From positions 10,354,001 to 10,418,000 of the forward strand of contig NC_091478.1 of assembly GCF_036971445.1 (NCBI RefSeq): a DNA stretch of 64,000 nucleotides, written 5' to 3'. Below, piece by piece: positions 12,190-25,416 of this stretch; position 1 is the stretch's first letter; every line of letters begins with the position of its first letter. Source of the stretch: Narcine bancroftii. Taxonomy: Eukaryota. The notes under the pieces are model-generated. The model ran no database searches and was not told the origin of the DNA. It saw only the letters and a program-made list of their open reading frames with translations. A program made the position numbers and the translations under genes.

Positions 12190-13070
12190 TAAGTGCAGGA
12201 GTAGGCCAAGTGGCCCTTCGAACTAGCACCACCATTCATCCACAATCAGTACACTGTTCCTGCCTTCTCCCCATAACCCTGGACTCTGCTATCTTTAAGA
12301 GCTCTATCTAACTCTTTCTTGAAAGATCCAGAGAATTGGCCTCCACTGCCTTCTGAGGCAGAGCATTCCACAGATCCATAACTCTCTGGGTAAAAAAGTT
12401 CTTCTTCAACTCAGTTCTAAATAGTCTAACCCTTATTCTTAAACTATGGACTCCCCCAAGATCAAGAACACACTTTCTGCCTCTAGCATGTCCAATCCTT
12501 TAATCAGATCCCATCTCATCCTTCTAAATTGCAGTGGCTTCAATCTTTCAACATATGACAGTCCTGCCATCCTGGGAATTAACCTCATGAACCTACACTG
12601 CACTCTCTCAATAGCAAGAATGTCATTCCTCAAACTTGGGAGACCAAAACTACACACAATACTCTAGGTATGGTCTCATCAGGGCCCTGTACAACTGCAG
12701 AAGGAACTCTTTGCTCCTACACTCAACTCCCCTTATTATGAGGGCCAACATGCCATTAGCTTTCTTCACTACCTGATGTACCTGCATGCTTACTTTCAGT
12801 AACAGATGAACAAGGACCCCTAGATCTCATTGCACTTCTGCTCTTCCTAACTTGACACCATTCAGATAGCAAACTGCCTTTCTGTTCTTGCCACCAAAGT
12901 GGATAACCTCACATTTATCCACACATTAAACCGCATCTGCCCACTCACCCATCCTGTCCAAGTCGCCCTGAATTCTCATAACATCCTCTTCACATTTCAC
13001 TCTGACACCCAGCGTTGTGCCATCTGCCAATTTACTAATGTTACTTTTAATCCCTTCATCTAAATCATTA
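12190..13070 (-). mobile_element. CR1-type LINE ORF2 3' fragment
   Basis: LRNDILAIERVQCRFMRLIPRMAGLSYVERL, with the typical CR1 3' end near 12190-12260. Confidence 0.85.
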
Positions 13071-15769
13071 ATTTTGATGTCTGGTAAAGGATTCCATGAA
13101 AACTTGGTTTATCTTTAACATTTTTCATCTCCTACTAATTCATGCACTAAGAATTCAAAAACAATTATTTATATTTAAATTACAGTTGCTAACGCTGCAC
13201 TTAGAATAATTGGTAAAGAACCGCAAAGCATTCGATTCATTATTGAAACCCTATTTTAACCACACCATTTGCTCTAAATAATCTTAAAAATTATGACCTG
13301 CTACAGGAGAAAATTATAAGTCATACTGATGTCAGTTACCGGGAGGCACACAGGAGCAGCACAGGGATATTTTTAGTTCCCCAAGGCCTAAAACAGACAC
13401 TGCAGCAGAGAATGCACAAAGGAATAAAAGAAGAGAATGAAATGTGAACTTGTGCTGCTCCAGAGAAAATGCAACCACCTAAATAACAATCATTAAAATT
13501 TTCAGGCACAAACATGTACGGAGTGAAAATGAATGAACATGATTGCTGTATGTGTAAAAACAATGTCTGTGCAATCCTCTTGGGCAAAACAAATTATTTT
13601 ACAACAGAAAAACAAGATACAAGTACATATATTCAAAGACATGCTAATTATAGTTTTTAATTAATAAAATAGTCATGCCGATTCTTTTGTTACAGGCAGT
13701 ACCCAGGATGAAGACAACCGATTTACGAACAACCCATAGTTATGAACCAGCAAGTCAACTGGAAGTAGAATGGTGTCAACTTCGGGTTTGAGCATGGTTG
13801 AGTACAATTTAAATTCAAGTGGCACCTCCCACCCGTTCTTTCCCACACAGTCCCCATCCCACCCCCGCTCACCCGGATGTGATCCCCCCGCTCTCCGCTC
13901 CGACGCAGTCCCATCCCCACTCGCTGATCGGACGCAGCCTGGCCGCCATCCTGACATGGTGTTCTTTTCCCCCCACCCACCCACCATCTATCAACTTCCA
14001 AAGGTTCACTTCTCCTGTTTCATTCTTGGATTTTTTCTAAATATAGTGAATACTAAACAGAATATGATCCATATATACTCTCCCTCCCCCACTCACTTGC
14101 CAAAGTAATCCTTTATAAAGTAGCTTCCAGCACTTATAGGTGAATTTCCAATAAAACTGATGTGACAGTGATATGGTAGTCAAAGACTGGCTATAGAATT
14201 CTAATTTGCTTTGCTTAGAGATCAATCTTTGATTTTCTTATGTACTGTATTATGTTTTCAAAAGTGTTTTATATGCATTGAAAGGTAAAAATATATACTT
14301 TTCTAAATATGCTATATAACAAGATAAACATTTGCCTAATTGACACTAAATATGGACCATATGTACTTTTTCCATCTTACAAATTCAAGTTAAAGACAGA
14401 CCTAGATAACAGAACACGTATTTAACCCAGGGGCTACCTGTATCTTGGTGAATTCACAAACACACAATGCATCATAGGTATCAAGCTGTAGATATGCACT
14501 TTGTAGCTTCAAACTAAATTCATGCATGGGACATTCCTCTCCTTCTAGAGGTCAAATTAAAAATGGATCAAGTACAAAAAACTTCATAAACAACATTGAA
14601 TCATTAATTATATTGTAAATATATTTAGAACAGAGACACAGGAAGGAGTTTCAATGCTCAGCAGAAAAATAATCAGTAAATGAAAATCTGATTGGATTAT
14701 CAGAAAACCACTTAACTGAAATTCTCAGTTATTCGAAAATGTTTTAAGTTGAAAAAAATATTTTCTTAAATTTATGCATTTATCTTATTATGAAAGCAGA
14801 GATCACATTGTTTTTGGTCAGAATTAAATATTACTTCATGCTTGAAAAACCTGTTGTTTTTTCTTGTTTTTTTTAACCGCTGATATCTGCTGATACCACT
14901 GGGCTACTTAAAGCAAGTTATCAGTTATCCGAAAAATCCAGTTAACCAAAACACATCCTGTCCCAAGCATTTCAGGTAATTGGAAATGTAGTGATTGATG
15001 AAATAAGAAAATGCAAAAAGCAGTCAACACATTCGGGTAGAGTTGCTGACGGTTCTTCAACCCGAAACACAGTTTCCCTTTCCACAGAAGCTGCATGCTT
15101 CAAGCATTTCATTTTTATTTTTTCCATTTTGCATCTTTCAGGGTACTTCACAGACAAAAAAAAATTCATCTTTTGAAATGTAGTTATTGTATTGTTGAGA
15201 ACCAAATTTCAACAAAAACATCCAAAAAATAATTGCTTTACATAATAAGATGCCTATATTTATCTCAATAACATTTTGTTTCTTTTGCCATGGCTCCCCT
15301 AAGCTACTGCGAAAATGTAAAATTCTCAAAAGCACAGGCACAATTTAACATTTCATCCAAATTAAAAACCTCTTTGCATCATGTCTGCACTGTATAAAAT
15401 ACCAGTTTATATTTTTGTACTCTAGTCACTACATCAGAAGAATTTCAAAGGAAAGAATTCTCAAAAGTGCTCCTAATGCATTAGAAAGATTATACTGAAT
15501 TAAATAATTAAAGGAATTAAATAAAGGATGACAGGATAAAGAAACGATAAATTTTGGAAGTCTAAAATGTACTTGCACCTCAAATCTTAATCTACTTCCC
15601 AGAAGTGGAATTCAATATGTGGGTGAAAGATGAAGAAAACAGAACAGCAAAATGATGGCCAACAAATGGAACAGAAAATAAATCAGAGGGCAGAGGCAGC
15701 ATAGATTCTGGAAGGGCAGGACATGTTTCACAAATTCAATGAAGTTCTTCAGACAGAATGAGCACAATG

Positions 15770-16130
15770 GCCGAGAGGTGCTTACATTTTCAAACCTGCT
15801 GCATAAAAGATAAGGATCATAAAGTTAAGTGTAATGTATTAGAATGGAAGGCAGAGGCTTCAGGACAATGGATGTTTTTTTGCTTGGCAATCAGTAGGGA
15901 GCAGAGTGCCGTAGAGTTCAGTGCTAGGCTCATTACTGTTCACACTTTCATGATTTGGAAGAGGGGACTGAGTGTAGCGTATCCAATATACCAAATGGGG
16001 AAACTGTGTGGAAGATGTGGAGAATCTGCAGAGATACAGATAGTTTGTGAGTGGGCCGGAGACTGGCAGATCGAGTACAATGTCAATGTCATCTACTTTG
16101 GAAGAAAAACAGTCGATGAGATCATTATTT
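15770..16130 (+). mobile_element. Decayed CR1 reverse-transcriptase fragment
   Basis: Remnants of SVLG, DLEEGTEC and EWAGDWQIEYNV motifs across frames. Confidence 0.6.
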
Positions 16131-16355
16131 AAATTAATGATTCCCAAAGTGGGCACTGCCACCCCTCCTCCTGTGGGCAGTGGAAAGACCAAGGAGTCGG
16201 TGAGGAAAAAGGGGACTGTCCGAACATTCCATCTTGTTATTTTTGTTTGCTGCAAAGTTTAACCACCAAAAGCATTTTTTTTCCACTCAAAACTAGTAAA
16301 CATTTTCCAAAGGTACTAATCACGATTCAAAGATGACATAAGAGATAGATCTTAC

Positions 16356-16550
16356 ATGAAAAGCACAGTCCAGGACAGCTGCTGAATGTTGGTACTTTAG
16401 GCGCATATTATTCGATGAGATATCATACAAACGAACGGTGCTGTCCCAGGATGACACCAAGAGGAACTGCGAGGTGTTTGGGCTGAACTTAATCGCTGAT
16501 ATTCCATCCTCAGGACATTGGTTTAGCTTGAATTCATTTGAACCAGTCAT
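16356..16550 (-). CDS. BUB3: BUB3 first coding exon (exon 2, 195 bp), mitotic checkpoint protein BUB3
   Basis: CAG acceptor immediately before the ATG at 16550. Reads MTGSNEFKLNQCPEDGISAIKFSPNTSQFLLVSSWDSTVRLYDISSNNMRLKYQHSAAVLDCAFH. GTAAG donor at 16355. Confidence 0.97.
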
Positions 16551-17589
16551 CTGAAAATAAACAATGACATTTCTCAATAAAATCTTTACTGAAATTTATC
16601 AAAGAGGGATGCAGAAGAAATTGGCTACAAATACATGACATGAATGTGAAGATTTTGAGGCAAAAATGTTAACTTCACAATAAAAAACTCAATTAGATTC
16701 CACTTTACAAAGTAAAAAATCCAGAAATGGCATAGCAAACAATTCTCAGCAAAGAGCCAAGCAACTGGTGAAACATTGGAAATAAAATTTGAAAAATAGC
16801 TAAACCATTGCAATTGAACATTGTGCAAGATAAAATGATCTCCATGGAAATAATATTATGAAAATTGTAGTATTGGTCAAATATATTCAGAATATAGTCA
16901 TGTTAGTTCCCCTTTATCCAAATATTTACAATTTCAGGGCTCCTGCAAAGTAGCGCTGTACGCATTTGCTTCACGAACAAACATCAGCGTAGACTTGCTG
17001 AGCAGAAGAACCTGTTGCAGTACTGTGAACATGGCCGAGCAGCTAGATTATACAGATAAATTAATTAGTTCAAGTATTCACAAATTAACCAGATCCAGCT
17101 CTGTGTTACGCAAACCATTGGAAGCACTTGCTTAGACCAACATTTGATAATATACTAATGTACTCAATGGCTGATGGTCCATAACAAAATGGAAGTACTG
17201 ATTCAATAATTAGATTAACTGTGTGCACTTCTCTGGAAGCCACAGGATAATTTTCCAATAAAATTGACAAATGAGCTTCAAAAGAAAAATCATGCAATTT
17301 CTAATAGCTCAGCTTTTTATTTCATTATGAAGTACAATATTTTACTTTCTTTGATTGCAATTTCGAATTTCCACCCTTTTCTAGTCCTTTATCTTTCTCC
17401 AAGGTTAACATCATTTAATTGTACTGAAAATTTAGAAACGTTCAAAGAATTATGTACAAACTTCTACGTCCACTTTTTCTTGGCATCATGTGCCTCTACT
17501 GAAAGATGGCTACCTCTGGATATAAAGGGGCATGGACTAATGCTACAGATGGGTGGTAACAGCTAATAGAATTATGTATGATGTTATCC

Positions 17590-17900
17590 ATAGCACCTTA
17601 GGTCATTATAGCACAGAAAACAGGCCCTTCAATCTTTCTAATATGTGCCAATCTTCCTAGTCCCACTGACCTGCACCCAGTCCATAGCCTTCCCTACCTC
17701 TCCCATCCGTGTACCTATCCAAATTTTGCTTAAATGTTAAAAATGAGCCCACATCATCACTTCAACTGGCAACTCGTTCCATACTCCCACTACTGTGTGA
17801 AGAAGTTTCCCCTAATGTTCCTCTAAAATTTTCCCCTTTCACTCTTAGTCCATGTCCTCTGGTTTGTATTTCACCTAACCTCAATGGAAAAAGCCCCAAA
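17590..17900 (-). mobile_element. CR1 3' end fragment
   Basis: Reverse complement of the CR1 tail (acagaaaacaggccctt...gaagaagtttcccctaatgttcctc), homologous to 5820-6250. Confidence 0.7.
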
Positions 17901-18897
17901 GATCAATAATTTACTCCTTTATCAGATGCTGCCGCCATCACATTATCTCAACTTTCCCACCCATCCAAAGTCACCAAAGCATCTAGTCCAGTGGGTCTCA
18001 AATTATTGTCACCCACAAATCTTTAAGTATTCCTTTATTTATTGCAGACCACCTATAACAAATCCAGACCATGAACGATGGTGGTAGGGGCAGAAGGAGC
18101 CCAAGTCTTATATATTACTTATTTATTATATTTGGTAATATTTCTTATTACCATGTCACTTTGAACCACCTAAAACAAACCATGGACCACAGGTTTGTAA
18201 ATAATGATCTAGTGCAGCGGTTCTCAACCTTTTTCTGCCTATGGCCCCTTAAGACTCTGCTCAAGATTTATGGACCCCCTTCCCTGTGAAGCAGTCAAGT
18301 TTTAATTTCTTCCATACTTCTTTCCTACCAACTACTTTAAAAAAAAAATTATGTTACACGAGGTGAAAAGAAAACAAAGCTCTTACTTAAATGTGTTGTG
18401 GCCCCTTTTGAAAATGACTGATCTAGGCATTATCCCTCTCTATACAGGCAGTTATATATTAAATTATCCATATCTACTTTTTGTCCACATCTACCATCGC
18501 ATCACCTCTTCATTTTTGTCTTGTACCTCTGAAGCATCAAGATATATATCTCATTATATACATAAGACAGGAAAATGTACTTTAGCTATCAGGATCCACT
18601 TCACTCAAGAACCAGCCCTCTACTACAGAACATGCCATAAGGCAAATATGAAAGTAGACCACCATACCCCTCAAATATGCCCTGCCATTGAATATAATAC
18701 CACGGATTGGAGTGGATTCAGGAAAGCTGCCATCGACAAAGACCACATTGATGAGTAAACAAGAACAGTGACTAGTTACATAGACATTGCAGTTACATAA
18801 ATTCATAAAAGATATTGCAGTGATCAAATGCTACACAGTCAGGACAAATCAGAAACCATAGCTTGGCATGGAGGTTCATGCATTGCTCAGGGCTTGT

Positions 18898-21800
18898 TGT
18901 AAGGGTTAAAATGACTTGCGAACATATTTTACAAAAAGTCGGAGAATATGGTTTACAAATTCCATGAATGTTTCCTAGCAACAGCTAATTCCAAGGTTAG
19001 CTGGCTTTTGCATGTTTAAAATAAATATTCCATTTGAGTTTTGCTTTTGTACTGTTTAGAACCAGGGAGCATAGATTTTTCTTTTGACCATACTTTTGTA
19101 TATATATTAACATTTTATTGTCCATTTTATTAAATGTTTTAAGTATAGTTTTAACATAGTTCTTATCATATAAAGTTCTAATAAACAGTGAAAAACTCTA
19201 CACTACAGACTTTTCATTTAACGAGTCAAAACAATGGCATCTCCATACTATCCAACCAATTATATAGAAAGATAGTTGCAATATTTAGTCAAAAGAAGAC
19301 AGAATTAAATACAAAATTTAAAATTGGATTTGGAAGAGAAAACTTGATCAATTGGGCTATTTAGAGCAGATTGATAAAAGAGGCACAAACATCAACAGTA
19401 TCAAGACCACTGAAGAAGCAGTAACCTTGTTGGAAGTTTCTTCTGTGTGTTTATAAATTAGAATACAATTTGGTGAAATTGCCACTTGTCCTATGAGGAC
19501 TGTTATGGTTTTGGAGAGATTGCTGTCCATGCTTGGTGTCTGAGTGTGACGATCGACTGAACAGAAGATGGCAGCTGCCACCGAAACTGCCACACCAATG
19601 GAGCTATCTGTCAACAAGATGAAGAAAAAGGAACAAATGGAAACAAAGCAACTCTTCAAGCAAGACTGAGAGAGGATATAGATAAGAAGGTTAGTTGTTA
19701 GGGATATAAATCCCACAGAATTAATGCAAAAAAAATATTAATAGAAACTAAGATCAGCCATTACCTATATGGTGGTGTAGAGGATGAGCAACCCAAAATG
19801 AAGATTAAGGCAACATCTGACATACAGGATGAAAGAGGACCAAATGATAGTGTGCCAAATACTTCCAGGAGGAGAAGAAAGATGAGCTCGAGAACCAGCT
19901 CCAGAGTTTCAAGTACTGAATTAAAGATTCAACCAACCATACACTGCAGTCCTTAAAGCGGAAAAAAGCAATGTTTCGGTTTAAATTGGATAAGAAGGAG
20001 CAGATAAGAATGACATGGATGTGGCGACGACAAGAGGAGCTACAGGAAGTGCAACAATGGAGAGAAGAGGAGCAGCTGCAGATGGAAAAGGAGCTTCAGG
20101 AGGTGCAAGGACGAAGAGAAGAGGAGCTACAGAAGCAACTAAGAATGGAGGAAGTGCAACTAAAAAGGCAAAAGGAACTGGATGGAAAAAATTGCTGTCA
20201 CAGGCACTAGAAGTCTCAATGGTATGTGGAGCTTTAAGTAAATTATCAAAAGCATCAAATTTTGAGGAAGGACTTCAGAAAAAGAAAATACAATCACAGG
20301 ACTCTCTTGGTCCTGAAATAGAGAGGTCTTGGCATAGGGCTGAACCAGTGATAGAACCACAGAACGTGTTTGGTCATGAACCAGACAGGTTAAGGCACGG
20401 AACTGAGACAGTCCCGCAGATGAGAAATCCCGAATTGATTAGGTTGATGCAAGGACCCAGATATCAAATCCTAATGATGGCCGCATTGGACAGAGATGAG
20501 AGCCAATGCCATCTTATGGAGGGTTTGCCCCAGAGAGAGATTCCACTTTTTGATGGTGACCCACTTGAACACCAATCATTTATAAAAAGTTTTGAATTGG
20601 GTGTCAATACCAGAATTATTTATATTTGCAGAAGTTCACAAGAGGACCACCACAGATCTTGTAAAGACTTGCCAACATATGAATCCTAATGTAGTATTCA
20701 AACAGGCTAAGTGGTTACTGGAAAAGAGGCAGGTGAAAACAGTGCTGAATCCTCAGTATTAACAGGTGGTTTTATTAGGGCCGGTGCAGATAACTTCAAA
20801 CTCTCATAAGTACCTGTACAAGACCAAGAATGGGACATGGTATGTGCAAATGCATTTTTTGACCCAGGTCGCATTACATCATTTTGCACAGTGACACTTA
20901 AGAAAAGTTTAATCTTGAAGGAAGAAAGTCAAGGATTCTGTTGAAAACCATGGGACAAAAAAAGGCAATTGAAACTAACATCGTTTCAAGGTTAGAAGTT
21001 TGTGGAAAACAAAGCGTCAATTTTTGTGATCTTCCAGGCATATACACACAGAAGACTATGCCCGTGCATAAAGGAAATGTCCCACATCAAAAAGATGTGG
21101 ATCAGTGGTCATATCTGAGGAACAAGATAGCTCTGAGATAGAGATGTTAATTGTTTTAGATGTACCAAAGGCTCTGGAACCAATAGAAGTAATACAGAGT
21201 GTGAGAGATGGACCTTACGCTATCAAAACTGTGCTTGACAATCAATGAGCCATTAGAAAGATAGAATGATATTGCTCAGAAGCCGATATTCTGTTGTGAA
21301 ACTCAACAAACCATTAAAACAACCATTCAAGACAGAATTTCCTGACCGCCTCAATAACGACCAAAAACCTTCAAAAAAATACAAAGTTTTGGGAAAATCT
21401 TGCTGACAAAAGTAAATCAAGAGCACCTAAACAAGTTAAAAAAAAAAATGTTTTCATCAAAAAAATGGATGAAAATGAAGAGGCCACAAATACTGCTGGT
21501 GATTTATTCCCACGAAGCCAAATCCGAGGTAGGAATGAAACGAATGTCTCGGAACAAATCTGAAAGTAGCTTTTGTAGCCTAAATGCACCAGCAGACAAG
21601 ATCAACAAAGAAGTTTTGCAGCAGGTTTTAAAAACGGGCAAACAAAAAAAACTGGATTAGTGGTGCAACTGCCTTCAGAGTACAAATGTTGAAAAGGGAC
21701 TTAGAAATATTAGATATTCCAGAAAACAGTGACCAAAATGGTTTTAACTTTGTACTTGGAAACAAAACGGATTTTCAGAAAAATGGCAACAAATCTGATG

Positions 21801-23322
21801 ATTTTTCACTTTTGAAAGTAACCGAGAGAGAAAATCCAGAGCAGTTGACAAGTAAGAATTGTAAATAAATTCGTAAAAACAAGCGGAAGAATAGCAGCCA
21901 AAGAAATGAATGCAGTTATTGAAGAAAGGGATGTAGCCTTATGAAAGAGGATATTGATTTTTCTTGAATATTTTATTCATGATTTTCTAGTCTTTAACTC
22001 CAACCGTTACCAACATCAATTTACAGTAATCCATAATATACAGTTTCTGCAGAGTGTTCAAGCACCTTATATCCCCCTTCCATCCCAGCCTCCATTTAAA
22101 CACTGAACATATAAGCAAGCACACGTACACAGGACACTAAAAACAAAGGGAAGAAACGTATGGGAGGATTTGGTGGGTTTGTCACAGGCTGTTTCAGTTT
22201 CTAGACTTTGCCTGGTCTGGACAAGTTGGACCACCCACAAACCCCCCCCCCCACTGCCCCCAAAGCAGTGGAGGGGTGGGCAGGCGAGGCGGGATAGCAG
22301 GGAGGAGATTCACTTTTTGAAAGAGAATGTCATTGTTTAATGACACAAGGCAACTGACTATGAAAAACAATCAAGAATGGACCTTGAAGACCCAGTTAAT
22401 AATAATGCAGAGAAAAAATTACATTTCACCAATGTAAGAAGGTGAAAAAAACTGAAACATCTTGAGTAAACTACAGAAGGACTGAAATCAGAGGTACCAC
22501 TCCATCAAATAACCTTTTTAACTCCAAGTCAAGTTACTAACTTCTCAGAAGATAACGGGAAAATTACTTTCCAATTGAAAGAAATGCAGAGAAAGAATCT
22601 AATAAAAAAAATTTTCAGAAAATGAGACTGAATTGGAAGCTGCAAAATTGGATATGGAATTACAAGAAGAGACAATAGAAGTCAGAATGGCTGTTAATGA
22701 ATTTGAGGGACCAATCTTGTTTGAGTCCTACCTTTTCTATAACCAACTGCAAAAGAGAAAGTAAAGGTGGACAAGCCCGTTGCTGTGAAAGTTAAAGAGA
22801 CTCATCCATTCATATCAAGAGCATCAGAAGTTACACTTAACCAAAGTTAGATGATGAAGCTGCACAAGAGATAATAAATCATATCCAAAGCTTCAGCAAA
22901 AGAAAAAGAGAAAAGGTCCATCTTGTGTCCTCAAGAAAGTGAATACCTTGGAAATCATGTTCAAGCACTGGATAGAGTTGGGGCCAACTTGCAAATGGAT
23001 GTACAGACCAATAATCAAAATCCGTCTTCTACAAGAAACAGAAACTTTTAATGATTGTCTTTCACTTGATTTTGAATATTTACCTGATGTATTACTATGT
23101 TTGATTTTTTTCTTTGTAATAGTAATTATTTTTAGAGACAATTAGGGGCTTGCTAAATGACTTGCTAAAATATTTTGCATGAAGCTGGCAAATATTGTTT
23201 GTGAATTCCATGAGTGTTTCCTAGTAACAGCTAATTCCAAGGTTAGCTAGCTTCTGCATGTTTAAAATAAACATTCAGTTTGAGTTTTGCTTTTGTACTG
23301 TTTAGAACCAGGGGAGCACAGA
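18898..23322 (+). mobile_element. Degenerate BEL/Pao LTR retrotransposon (internally deleted)
   Basis: ~165 bp direct repeats at 18909-19074 and 23155-23322, with a PPT-like ttagggg before the 3' copy. Gag-like coiled coil and EIPLFDGDPLEHQSF, protease-like AFFDPGRITSFCT (~20850), LEPIEVIQSVRDGPYAIKTVL, and integrase C-terminal RPIIKIRLLQE. Confidence 0.75.
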
Positions 23323-23359
23323 GATGGTCTAGATAATTAAATGTGCATATAAAGGATGG

Positions 23360-23860
23360 CCAATCCTTATTAGTCAGGAAGGCGGAGCAGCATGCAGCCC
23401 CATCTTGACACCTTTTCAAAGGACCACAACTGAGAGTGTCCAGTTTGGCTGTATTATTGCGTAGTATGGTAGCTGCAAAGCATCGGACTAAAAGTCAATA
23501 CAGAGGATCACCAAAACAGCTGAAAAGATCACTGGTGTTTCCCTTTCCTCTTTTGATGGCATTTACCAGGACCTCTGCTTAAATAGGGCTCAAAGAATTA
23601 AAAAAGACCCCTTCCATCTAGCACACAATATTGTTGAACTATTACCATTTTTTTAAAAATCAGGTCTGCCAGGCTGGGAAATAGCTTCTTTCTGCAGTCT
23701 GAGATTGATGAACCATATCCTGTAACCGAGTAAATAAACCCCAAATATTAAAATATATTTATTTTAAATGTTATCATTATGTACTGTGTGCATACAGTCC
23801 AGAGAAATGCTATTTTGTGAGGATGTACATGTACATTCAGGTGATAAACTTGAACCACTT
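23360..23860 (+). mobile_element. Rex1/Babar-like LINE 3' end
   Basis: Remnants of ESV..GCII..YGSC, QRITKTAEKITG, AQRIKKDPFH and RLGNSFF, plus a short-repeat tail. Confidence 0.7.
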
Positions 23861-24324
23861 GAGCTGATCTATGCTTGCCTCTATTCTTCTGTGCCAGTTC
23901 CTCATAACATTAAACTCGTTAAAATTTCCACCTTAAATATATCCAATGATCTGATCTCCGGCAAATTTGGAGGCAGAGAATTCTAATAAATTTCTACCCC
24001 AAGTAGACTTTCATTAATAAGCCCCCTTTGGATATTGAACAAGGTTATCAATCATCCTCCTTAACTCCAAGACCCAAATTGTCTAGCCTATCATGACAGG
24101 ACAACACTCTCATCCCTAATATTAGCCAAAATCCCCTCTCAACTCATTTAAATATCATTTAATTTCTTAGTTACTTATTATATGCTGCTAACCTTTTGTG
24201 ATTGGACATTATTCCCCGACTGGCCCCTTTTAGCCTTTCATTATTATCCCAGCCATCTCGCCTCTAAATGTGGCAAAGTCCAGAGGGTTGTAAATTTGCC
24301 CTGTGACATCAAGGGAATCAATGT

Positions 24325-24641
24325 TCACTCTATCGAGAACATCAACAAGAGGTAGTGTCTTAAGCAAGCAGCCTCCATCCTCAAGGACCCCAACACTCAG
24401 GCCATGTCCTCTTGTCCTCTTCACTGAGCTGCCAGAAGACAAGCAACCCAGCAGCACAGGACAGCTTCTTCCCCTCCGCCATCAGATTTTTTTTTATAAA
24501 TGAACAATGAATCACTTTGTTTTTTTTTCCTTGCACTATTTTATTTATTTTGAAATGTGAGTTAGAGAAATGTTTGCACTGTGATGCCGTTGCAAAACAA
24601 CAAATTTCATTACACGTTCGTAACAATAAATTCTGATTCTG
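24325..24641 (+). mobile_element. Rex1/Babar-like LINE 3' end
   Basis: AASILKDP...SFFPSAIR remnant; ends in aataaattctgattctg. Confidence 0.6.
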
Positions 24642-24759
24642 CACTCAATCTTCATGAAGGGTTCTAATTCAAAACGTTGACCATTCTTTCTCTCTCCACT
24701 GAGTTCCTTCAGCAGAGTTTATCTTAATTCCTGAATTACAATTCTAAGATCCCTCTGAA

Positions 24760-25416
24760 CTTTATTCATTGGTAGCCTTTCTCCACTTTTTGATTCCTTT
24801 TACCGCATTACATGACATTGCACTTACCTACATTAAACTTTATATGCCAGGTTTTCACCCAATTACTCAAATTTGTATACAATTAAAGTCAATGCTCTCA
24901 ATCGCAACATGACCTTCTCTCTATTTTAATTTTATCGTCAAAATTTTTAAAACTTTCAATTTTGTTTCCTTCTCTAACTTATTAATATAAATAAACAACT
25001 GAGAACAAAGAACTAATCCCTGAGGTACCCCATCCTGAAAAGGGCCCATTAATTTCAACTTTTCTTTGTGACAGCCAGCATCAATCCATGCAAATAACCT
25101 TCCTCCAGTATCTTGAGCTCCTAATTTATGCATCGCCCTAGTACCCTGTAGAACACTTTTTGGAAATCTGATAAACAACATCTACAGTTCCCCTCAATCA
25201 ACTCTGCCTGTCTCATCTCCAAAAAAATTTATACAAACATTAAAAACAATTCATCTTTCATAACCTCGGTGACGAGGTTTGATATTTAGCTTTCCCAAAT
25301 GACTAACATCTGACTAAAAATAAAGTAACTGGCTTCTGGTTCCCCACCCAATTTCCCCCTCTTTAGGACAAGGAAGTCACATTGGTTGCTTTTAAGCAAA
25401 TGTGGGAGGGTACCAG
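24760..25416 (-). mobile_element. CR1 RT fragment, split by the Gypsy insertion and continuing at ~27734-27900
   Basis: Minus-strand GVPQGLVL.SQLFIYIN motif. CR1-like sequence resumes after the 3' LTR. Confidence 0.6.

Noticed and set aside
13690-14000. CpG-rich patch in BUB3 intron 2 as an alternative promoter or gene
   Set aside because: It begins with TA-CAGGCAGT, a Tigger-like terminus, so it is likely a transposon fragment. The other end was not found, so it is not annotated.
19971-20689. Trichohyalin-like coiled-coil ORF and a 224 aa ORF as a host gene
   Set aside because: They lie between LTR-like repeats and next to BEL Gag/protease motifs; frameshifted retroelement remnant.
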